Source: Patescibacteria group bacterium
Lineage (GTDB): Bacteria > Patescibacteriota > Patescibacteriia > Buchananbacterales > UBA6539
Direction: 5' to 3'
DNA length: 64,000 nucleotides
Assembly (NCBI GenBank): GCA_034003985.1
Contig: JAVEXP010000002.1
Span: 144,789-208,788 of the forward strand
Below the pieces are notes generated by a model. The model saw nothing but the letters and a program-made list of their open reading frames with translations. It made no database searches and was not told the origin of the DNA. The position numbers and the translations under genes were made by a program. The stretch's first letter is position 1. The number at the start of each line of letters is the position of its first letter. Of the stretch, positions 45,684 to 53,148 are shown piece after piece.

Positions 45684-47078
45684 ATGAATAAAAAATTATT
45701 TCAGAATCAAAAAGTTACGGTGATGGGTTTGGGTTTACACGGTGGCGGCGCGGCCACCGTTGCTTGGTTGTGCCGTCATGGCGCCAAGGTAACAGTTACT
45801 GATTTAAAAACCGCCAAACAACTTGATGCTTCGCTGGCTAAACTTAAAGGTTTGAAAGTCAAGTATGTCTTGGGTCGGCACCGCGAGAGTGATTTTAAAC
45901 AGGCTGATTTTATTGTCCAAAACCCCGGCGTGCCGCGGGAATCAAAATATTTGGTCCTGGCTCAACGCTCCGGCATCCCGATTTATAATGATGTGACTTT
46001 ATTTTTCAAGTTTTGTCCCGCGTCAATTATTGGCGTTACCGGTACTCGCGGCAAGTCAACTACTTCGGCGTTGATTTATAAATTCTTAGAAACCACTAAG
46101 TGTCGGGCTTGGCTGGCCGGGTTGCCCCAAAAGCCGATGCTAGAAATTTTGGATAAAATCAAAAAAGATGATTTGGTGGTATTGGAAATCTCTTCCTGGC
46201 AGCTGGAGATACTTGGTAATTATCAGTTGAGTCCGAAGATGGCGGTCATCACCAATATTTATCCTGATCACCTTAATCGTTATTCCGGGATGGCCGAATA
46301 CATCAAGGCTAAAACCAATTTGGTATTATGGCAAACCGAGGCTGATTATTCAGTCTTGAATCGGGAAAATGAGGATGCTAAAAAGATCGGGTCAAAAGTT
46401 ACTTCCCAAAGATTTTGGTTTTCCAAGAAATATTTTAAGGAGGAAAACGGTATTTTTGTTAAAAATCAGATGATTTGCCAACGCTTAGCCGGTCAGGAAC
46501 GGCAACTGGCCAAAGTTTCAGACATTAAACTATTCGGTTGGCATAATTTGGAAAATGTTTTAGCGGCTTTGGGCGCGGTTTCCGGTTATGGCGTCGGTCT
46601 TAAGGGTATTAAGAGTGTTTTAAAAAATTTTTCGGGATTGAGTGGTAGATTGGAACTTGTCAAAATCGAAAAGGGGATAAAGTATATTAATGATACTACC
46701 GCCACCACCCCCGACGCCACCATGGCGGCTTTAAGGTTGTCAAAGAAAAAAAATGTCGTGCTTATTGCCGGCGGCGACACTAAAAATATTCCCGATTATA
46801 AATATCGCGATTTGGCCAAAATAATTAGAAATAATTGTAAGGCGGTAGTACTTTTCCCGGGGGCCGGCAGCCAACAGATAATCAAACAACTCAAAAAAAT
46901 AAAGTTTAAGCCATTGGTTTTTGATGTTGGTACCATGATGGATGCCGTATCATTGGCTCAAGGTTTTGCCAAGGCGGGAGATACGATTCTGCTTTCGCCG
47001 GCTTCAGCTAGTTTTAATATGTTTATTAATGAATTTGACCGGGGTGGTCAATTTAAATTGATTGTGGGTGGTGCATGA
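45684..47078 (+). CDS. murD: UDP-N-acetylmuramoylalanine--D-glutamate ligase
   Basis: 464 aa. N-terminal 'VTVMGLGLHGGGAATVAWL' Rossmann-like MurD domain; 'GVTGTRGKSTT' Mur ligase P-loop. Canonical position between mraY and ftsW. Confidence 0.85.
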   Translation: MNKKLFQNQKVTVMGLGLHGGGAATVAWLCRHGAKVTVTDLKTAKQLDASLAKLKGLKVKYVLGRHRESDFKQADFIVQNPGVPRESKYLVLAQRSGIPIYNDVTLFFKFCPASIIGVTGTRGKSTTSALIYKFLETTKCRAWLAGLPQKPMLEILDKIKKDDLVVLEISSWQLEILGNYQLSPKMAVITNIYPDHLNRYSGMAEYIKAKTNLVLWQTEADYSVLNRENEDAKKIGSKVTSQRFWFSKKYFKEENGIFVKNQMICQRLAGQERQLAKVSDIKLFGWHNLENVLAALGAVSGYGVGLKGIKSVLKNFSGLSGRLELVKIEKGIKYINDTTATTPDATMAALRLSKKKNVVLIAGGDTKNIPDYKYRDLAKIIRNNCKAVVLFPGAGSQQIIKQLKKIKFKPLVFDVGTMMDAVSLAQGFAKAGDTILLSPASASFNMFINEFDRGGQFKLIVGGA

Positions 47079-48235
47079 CGATAAAGCATTTTAATGTTAA
47101 AAAGAAATCTTTGGCTTTTCGGCTCAATAATCTTAGTGAGCGCCATAGTGGCAAGCCGGACTATTTTTTATTGGGACTGATTGGCGTTATTACATTTTTT
47201 GGCCTGATGGTTTTATCTTCGGCTAGCAGTGTTGTATCTTTTCGGGATTACAATAATGCTTATTATTTTTTCTGGCACCAATTCTGGCGGGGTTTTGTTC
47301 CCGGGATTATTTTATTTCTAATCTTTGCCAAAATTAATTATCGGCGGTGGGAGAAATTTTCCGTGGCTTTTTTTGTTTCTTCTTTGTTGTTGTTATTGTT
47401 GGTTTTTGTTCCGGGGATTGGCGCCAGTTATGGCCGTGCTCGAAGTTGGATTAATGTTGCGGGATTTTCTTTTCAGCCCAGTGAAATTGTAAAATTATTT
47501 TTGATTTTTTCTTTAGCCGGTTGGTTTTCCTACCGCGGGATGGAGCGGACCAAAGATTTCTGGAATGGTTTGGTGCCGTTTGCTTTGATTTTAGGTATTA
47601 TTACGCTGCCAGTTGCCTTGTCGGACTTGGGTACAGCCATTGTGATTGTCGTGATTGCGATTGCGGTTTATTTTACGGCCGGGGCCAAAATCAGCCACTT
47701 GGCGGGCTTGGGAGTAATCGGCATTGCTGCCTTTGCCGCCTTGATTGTCCAAGCGCCTTATCGGGCCCAGCGTTTGATGACTTTTTTACATCCGGAACTT
47801 GATCCCCAGAATATCGGCTATCATATTAATCAGGCTTTTTTAGCCATTGGCTCGGGCGGACTTTTTGGGCTGGGTTTTGGCCAGTCGCGCCAAAAGTTTG
47901 CTTATTTGCCCGAAGTTATGGGCGATTCAATTTTTGCTATTATTTCCGAAGAGCTGGGTTTCATTTTTGCCACATTGCTAGTTCTGGCTTTTTTACTTTT
48001 AGCTTGGCGTGGTTTTCGTCTGGCTCGCCAGACTAATGATGAATACGGCAAGTTTGTTGCCGCCGGGATTACCTCTTGGTTTATTTTCCAGGCCTTTTTT
48101 AACATCGCCGCCATGGTTGGTTTAATGCCTTTGACCGGCATTCCGTTGCCATTCATTAGCTATGGCGGTACAGCTCTGGCTGTTGTATTGGCTGGTGCCG
48201 GGGTATTGGTTAATATTTCCAGAACCTCTGATTAG
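47075..48235 (+). CDS. ftsW: peptidoglycan glycosyltransferase FtsW/RodA (SEDS family)
   Basis: 386 aa, 10 TM. 'QPSEIVKLFLI', 'LGTAIVI', 'PEVMGDSIFAIISEELGF' and 'GIPLPFISYGG' are SEDS signatures. Confidence 0.9.
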   Translation: MTIKHFNVKKKSLAFRLNNLSERHSGKPDYFLLGLIGVITFFGLMVLSSASSVVSFRDYNNAYYFFWHQFWRGFVPGIILFLIFAKINYRRWEKFSVAFFVSSLLLLLLVFVPGIGASYGRARSWINVAGFSFQPSEIVKLFLIFSLAGWFSYRGMERTKDFWNGLVPFALILGIITLPVALSDLGTAIVIVVIAIAVYFTAGAKISHLAGLGVIGIAAFAALIVQAPYRAQRLMTFLHPELDPQNIGYHINQAFLAIGSGGLFGLGFGQSRQKFAYLPEVMGDSIFAIISEELGFIFATLLVLAFLLLAWRGFRLARQTNDEYGKFVAAGITSWFIFQAFFNIAAMVGLMPLTGIPLPFISYGGTALAVVLAGAGVLVNISRTSD

Positions 48236-48271
48236 ATTGATTTTTTGGTCATAATTTGTTATTTTAAAGTA

Positions 48272-49324
48272 ATGAAAGTCTTGTTTTCCGGCGGCGGAAC
48301 CATGGGTTCAGTCAGCCCCCTGATTGCTATTTATCAAGCACTTAAAAATCAGCAGCCTAACGCTGAATTTTTTTGGTTAGCTACAAAAAATGGCCCGGAG
48401 CTGAAATTTTTGTCCGAGTACAACATTCCAACCAAAGCGATTTTTTCCGGAAAATTAAGGCGCTATTTTAGCTTTCAGAATTTTTTTGATCCGCTTTTAA
48501 TTTTTATTGGGTTTATTCAGTCTTTCTTTTTTTTGCTTAAATTTAAACCCAGCGTAGTGATTTCGGCCGGTGGTTTTGTCGCCGTGCCTGTAACTTGGGC
48601 GGCTTGGATTTTGCGCCGGCCGTCGATTATCCATCAGCAAGACATCAGGCCAGGATTGGCCAATAAGTTGCTGGCGCCGTTTGCTAATATTATTACCGTT
48701 ACTTTTGAAAGGTCAATCAAGGATTTTGCCAAGTATTCTCAAAAAACTCATTGGGTTGGCAACCCGGCCAGATTAGAAATTTTGCAGGGTAGTAAAGATG
48801 AAGCAATAAAGAATTTTAATCTTGATCCGAATTTGCCAACGGTTTTAGTTATGGGCGGTGGCACTGGTTCGCTCAATTTGAACAATTTGGTTATCGATAA
48901 CTTGGGCGAAATTTTGAAGTTTTGTCAGGTTATCCATATCACCGGCGGTCGGCTGGACAAAGAGGCTCAGCATCCGCGCTATCACGCGTTTGAATTTCTG
49001 ACTGCCGATCTAAAGCATGCTTATGCTATTAGTGATTTAGTAGTGACTCGAGCTGGCATGTCGGCCTTAACTGAAATCGCCGCCTTGCGTAAGCCGGCTC
49101 TAGTTATTCCAATTCCTAATAGTCATCAGGAAGACAATGCCGTTGAATTTTTCCGCAATAATGCAATTATGATGCTTCAGGAAAAAAATCTTAATCCGTC
49201 TGCTTTGGCAGGGGCGATTGATAAACTTTTGACCGACAAAGTCGGTCGGGAAAACTTGGCTCGCAACCTGGAAAAGTTGATGCCCGCCGATCCGGTACAA
49301 CGGATTATTAAGATGATTTTATGA
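48272..49324 (+). CDS. murG: UDP-GlcNAc:undecaprenyl-PP-MurNAc-pentapeptide GlcNAc transferase
   Basis: Start set at ATG 48272 ('MKVLFSGGGTMGSVSPLIAI', the MurG G-loop). The C-terminal 'RAGMSALTEIAALRKPALVIPIP' matches the GT28 motif. Confidence 0.85.
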   Translation: MKVLFSGGGTMGSVSPLIAIYQALKNQQPNAEFFWLATKNGPELKFLSEYNIPTKAIFSGKLRRYFSFQNFFDPLLIFIGFIQSFFFLLKFKPSVVISAGGFVAVPVTWAAWILRRPSIIHQQDIRPGLANKLLAPFANIITVTFERSIKDFAKYSQKTHWVGNPARLEILQGSKDEAIKNFNLDPNLPTVLVMGGGTGSLNLNNLVIDNLGEILKFCQVIHITGGRLDKEAQHPRYHAFEFLTADLKHAYAISDLVVTRAGMSALTEIAALRKPALVIPIPNSHQEDNAVEFFRNNAIMMLQEKNLNPSALAGAIDKLLTDKVGRENLARNLEKLMPADPVQRIIKMIL

Positions 49325-50205
49325 ACGAATTTGCCGACCAAGAGCTTAAAAAAGTCGGTGTGGCCATCAGCGGTGGTTTTATTAGAGCCGCCGCCGCCAT
49401 CGGTGTGATTGAAGTTTTACAAGAAAATAATGTCCCAATTAATGTGATTTCCGGTTCCAGCTCCGGCGCGATTGTGGCTGGTGCTTATGCCTGTGGCAAA
49501 TTGGAAGAATTAAAGGCCAGACTGGTAAACGGTAGACGCCGAGATTATTTTAGAATAATTTTTGAACCAACTTTGCCGCGCCGTGGATTTTTAAAAGGAG
49601 AGCGCAACGAAAAATTTTTTGAAGAATTCGTCGGGGAAAAAACCTTCGCCGAGACAAACATCCCCCTGATTTTGGCAGTTACTGATTTAACGGAAATGGC
49701 GGAGGTTGTTTTGACGGAAGGTAAAATCAGTAAGGCGATCAGGGCTTGTACTTCCGTGCCAGGGATTTTTGTGCCGGTTGAGCATGACGAAAAAGTATTG
49801 ATTGACGGTGCTAATTTCAATACCATCCCTTCCGAGGCGCTTTATCAGCACGGTGTTAATTATGTTATTGCTGTTTATGTCGCTAAGCCTCCTAGCCCGA
49901 TTACCAGATTCCTCGGTTTTATCCATCAAGTCAGGGGCGGCCGACTGCTTATTAAGAAAATAAATGACCGGCAGGTTCGAAAACAGCATTTGAATATTTT
50001 TCGTTTGATTGTCAGAGCCGTCAGACTGTCGGTGGTTCACATCAAGAATTTTTATCATGAGGCCTATCGTTATGATGTTATTATTCGACCGGAACTGAAA
50101 CGAATCAGGCGTTATCAAGTAAAATCGGTCGAATACTGTATTGCCCAGGGTCGGCGCTCGGCACTGGAGGTGTTGCCTCAAATTAAAAAGGATTTGGGTC
50201 TATGA
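49321..50205 (+). CDS. patatin-like phospholipase
   Basis: 294 aa. 'GVAISGGFIRAAAAIGV' is the G-G-x-R/K oxyanion loop. 'ISGSSSGAIVAGAYA' is the GxSxG nucleophile elbow. The catalytic Asp is in 'LIDGAN' (DGA/G motif). Confidence 0.8.
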   Translation: MNEFADQELKKVGVAISGGFIRAAAAIGVIEVLQENNVPINVISGSSSGAIVAGAYACGKLEELKARLVNGRRRDYFRIIFEPTLPRRGFLKGERNEKFFEEFVGEKTFAETNIPLILAVTDLTEMAEVVLTEGKISKAIRACTSVPGIFVPVEHDEKVLIDGANFNTIPSEALYQHGVNYVIAVYVAKPPSPITRFLGFIHQVRGGRLLIKKINDRQVRKQHLNIFRLIVRAVRLSVVHIKNFYHEAYRYDVIIRPELKRIRRYQVKSVEYCIAQGRRSALEVLPQIKKDLGL

Positions 50206-51590
50206 CAATTAATTTGTCAAAAATTAAAAAAGTTTATTTTATCGGCATTAAGGGCGTGGCAATGTCCGGTCTGGCGGTTATTTGTAAGCAACGAGGGTTA
50301 GAAGTTTGTGGCTCCGATGTTAGTGAAAAATTTATTACCGATAAAATTTTGACCAAACATGACATTGAAGTGGTTGAAGAATTTCTGCCGCAGAATTTGG
50401 ATTGTAATCCGGACCTGGTGGTTATTGGTACTTCTTGGGGTGCTGAGAATATTGAAGTTGCTGAATCACAAAACCGCGGCCTACTGACCATTTCGGATTC
50501 GGAATTGCGCGGTATTTTAAGTTTGGAAAAAAGAACGATTGCCGTTACCGGTGTACACGGCAAGACGACAACGACTGCAATGATCGCCCATGTTTTTAAC
50601 TATGCTGGTTTGCGTCCCAGTTTTTTAGTTGGTACTGGTACAGTTCCTGACTTGCAGGGGAATGCGGCTTGGTCCAACGGTCAGCATTTTATTGTCGAAG
50701 GCGATGAATATGTCCGCAGCAAACAAGAAAAGGTTGCCAAATTTTTGGATTTAACGCCGGCCATTTCAGTCATTACCAGTCTGGAGTGGGAACATGTTGA
50801 TGTCTATCCCGATTTGGCAACTTTGGAATCGGCTTTTGGTTTGTTGGTGGATAAGACTAGGGATTTGGTGGTAGCTTGTGGCGATTGGCCGAGTGTCAAA
50901 AAAATTTTTAGTGATAAGTCAAAACCAACCATAAGGTATGGTTTTGAAGATGGTAACGATTTTATCGCTTATGACCTTGATGAAGGGTTTGACCAAACCA
51001 GTTTTAAATTGAAAAATGCCAATCAAGATTTAGGCAGTTTTACCATTAATCTTTTTGGGCGGCATAATGTTTTAAATGCTGTTGCGGCAATTTTGGTCGG
51101 TCGTCAGGAGGGCATTGCTCTGCCAAAGATTGAGCAAGCTTTAAAGACTTTTCACGGTACCGAGCGCCGGTTTGATATTTCTCAAAAAAACGATATGGTG
51201 TTTGTTGATGATTACGGTCATCATCCGACGGAAATCAAAACCACTTTGCAGGCCGTCAGACATCGTTATCCGACCAAAAAAATCTGGTGTGTATTTCAGC
51301 CCCACATGGTTTCGCGCACCAAAGCGCTGCTGGCTGATTTTAGTCAAAGTTTTGGCGATGTCGACCGCGTAATTTTTGCCGATATTTTTGCTTCCGCCCG
51401 AGAGCAGGGTCAAGATTTTACTTCGCGTGATTTGGCTGATGTCACCAGACAGTATCACCAAGATGTTGTTTATGTCGGTGATTTAAATGAAACTATCAAT
51501 TATTTGCGTAAAAATTTGCCCGACCAAGTAGTTTTGGTTACAATGGGGGCAGGGGATGTTTACCGCGTCCGAGACAAGCTAATGATTTAA
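50202..51590 (+). CDS. murC: UDP-N-acetylmuramate--L-alanine ligase
   Basis: 462 aa. N-terminal 'KVYFIGIKGVAMSGLAVI' MurC Rossmann motif; 'IAVTGVHGKTTTTAMIA' P-loop. Confidence 0.9.
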   Translation: MTINLSKIKKVYFIGIKGVAMSGLAVICKQRGLEVCGSDVSEKFITDKILTKHDIEVVEEFLPQNLDCNPDLVVIGTSWGAENIEVAESQNRGLLTISDSELRGILSLEKRTIAVTGVHGKTTTTAMIAHVFNYAGLRPSFLVGTGTVPDLQGNAAWSNGQHFIVEGDEYVRSKQEKVAKFLDLTPAISVITSLEWEHVDVYPDLATLESAFGLLVDKTRDLVVACGDWPSVKKIFSDKSKPTIRYGFEDGNDFIAYDLDEGFDQTSFKLKNANQDLGSFTINLFGRHNVLNAVAAILVGRQEGIALPKIEQALKTFHGTERRFDISQKNDMVFVDDYGHHPTEIKTTLQAVRHRYPTKKIWCVFQPHMVSRTKALLADFSQSFGDVDRVIFADIFASAREQGQDFTSRDLADVTRQYHQDVVYVGDLNETINYLRKNLPDQVVLVTMGAGDVYRVRDKLMI

Positions 51591-51600
51591 TCTTTTATAT

Positions 51601-52566
51601 ATGTCTGAAGAACTAAAAAATATTTTGCCTGGTTTGCAAACGGCTGTCAGTTTAGCCGAATATAATACTTATAAAATTGGCGGTCTTGCCAAATATTTTT
51701 ATATCGCCAAATCGAAAGATGACTTATTAAAAGCCATTCAGGCCGCCAAGCAAGCCGGAGTGGAATACACCATTATCGGCTGGGGTAGTAATATTTTGGT
51801 GGCCGATTCAGGCTATGACGGCTTGGTTATTAAAAATAGCAGTTCAGTAATTGCGGCCGAAGGGGAAATTATTGAAGCCGAAAGCGGTGTTAATCTGGCC
51901 AGCCTGATTGGTTTTGCCACCCGTCAGGGTTTGAGCGGTTTGGAATTTGCCGCCGGTATTCCCGGCACTCTCGGTGGCGCGATTTACGGCAATGCCGGCG
52001 CTTATGGCTCCAGTTTCTCCTCAGTTGTTCAGGAAGTTGAAGTCTATCAGGATGGTGAAGTAAAAAAGTTTAGCAATGAAGAAATGAAATTTGATTATCG
52101 TCATAGCATTCTAAAAGAACGCCCCGGCATTATTCTATCGGTCAAAATGAAATTAACTCCCAAAAATCCAAAGGAAATTCAATCTAAGGTGATTGAAACC
52201 ATTAAGGGTCGTAACGCCAAGCTGCCGGCCGAACCAAGCTGCGGTTGTGTTTTTAAGAATATTGATTTAAGCAAAGTGGAAATTAATAAAGCTAAGGTCA
52301 TTAAGGCGCTTGATATCAACGAAGAAGAATGGGAACAGGCAATCAGACACGGCAAGCTATCGGTTGGCTATGTTATCGAGAAATTAGGTCTTAAGGATAA
52401 AAAAATCGGCGGCTGCCAGATTTCTCCCAAGCATGCTTCGTATTTAATTAATATTGAGCACGCCAAAGCCGAGCATGTCGTTATGTTGATTTCCGATATT
52501 AAAATGCGGGTACGAGACGAGCTGGGTATTCAACTCCAAGAGGAAGTTCAATATTTGGGATTTTAA
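51601..52566 (+). CDS. murB: UDP-N-acetylenolpyruvoylglucosamine reductase
   Basis: 321 aa. FAD-binding 'YKIGGLAKYF...TIIGWGSNILV' and the C-terminal MurB substrate domain are present. Confidence 0.9.
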   Translation: MSEELKNILPGLQTAVSLAEYNTYKIGGLAKYFYIAKSKDDLLKAIQAAKQAGVEYTIIGWGSNILVADSGYDGLVIKNSSSVIAAEGEIIEAESGVNLASLIGFATRQGLSGLEFAAGIPGTLGGAIYGNAGAYGSSFSSVVQEVEVYQDGEVKKFSNEEMKFDYRHSILKERPGIILSVKMKLTPKNPKEIQSKVIETIKGRNAKLPAEPSCGCVFKNIDLSKVEINKAKVIKALDINEEEWEQAIRHGKLSVGYVIEKLGLKDKKIGGCQISPKHASYLINIEHAKAEHVVMLISDIKMRVRDELGIQLQEEVQYLGF

Positions 52567-52608
52567 TTAAAAAAAGAGGCAGGTTGGTTAACGCTGCCGT
52601 TAGGTTTG

Positions 52609-52630
52609 GGCTGCACCGTTTGGTGCGGCC
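52609..52630. terminator. bidirectional hairpin terminator between murB and the convergent minus-strand gene
   Basis: 'GGCTGCACCGTTTGGTGCGGCC' (9-bp stem with one G-U pair), flanked by A-rich sequence upstream and a T-run downstream. Confidence 0.45.
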
Positions 52631-52634
52631 TTGA

Positions 52635-53039
52635 TTATTTTTCGATGCGCGGGAGTGATAACATTGAATTCACTGCTGCAACCAAAGTTCCGGGCTTAAA
52701 GGGAATGACGATAGCAATCACTGGATGCTGATGGCTTTCAATCATTTCCATTAGTCGCGGATGTTTGTCGGCCGGGGCCAAAATGATCATCGGTGTGACA
52801 ATCTTTAGTTCGGCAAGCCGATTTTCCAAAGCCACGGGGTCAATTTGACCGTTATCGTCCAGATAGCAGATGACCAACACCAATTCGGGATTGGCGATTT
52901 GTTGAATCGCTTCGGTGGTATTCTCCGCTACCACCAGATGCCATTGGTCGGATTTCAGAATAATCCCGCCACCAGTCAACACCTGGCCAACGGACCATCT
53001 GACAATTCCGGTTACGGCGGCCACTAAGATACTTTTCAT
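52635..53039 (-). CDS. single-domain receiver (CheY-like)-related protein lacking the N-terminal acidic pair
   Basis: 134 aa. Beta3-like 'ELVLVICYLDDNGQIDP', beta4-like 'PMIILAPADK' and beta5-like 'AIVIPFKPGTL' fit the REC fold. The beta1 'ILVAAVTG' carries AA where DD is expected. Confidence 0.35.
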   Translation of the reverse strand: MKSILVAAVTGIVRWSVGQVLTGGGIILKSDQWHLVVAENTTEAIQQIANPELVLVICYLDDNGQIDPVALENRLAELKIVTPMIILAPADKHPRLMEMIESHQHPVIAIVIPFKPGTLVAAVNSMLSLPRIEK

Positions 53040-53107
53040 TTTTCCCTCCGTCAGTTAAGGTTCAAGAACTCAGCTTCAAATGTAAAAGTTATCATTTTTT
53101 CTTAGCC

Positions 53108-53136
53108 TTGTCAATTAATGTTAATTTTCGTATAAT
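53108..53136 (+). promoter_or_regulatory. sigma70-like promoter for secA (TTGTCA-17nt-TATAAT)
   Basis: Read directly. The -10 element ends 12 nt before the secA ATG, and no Shine-Dalgarno sequence lies between them, so a very short or leaderless 5' UTR is likely. Confidence 0.5.
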
Positions 53137-53148
53137 GTAGACGCCTTT

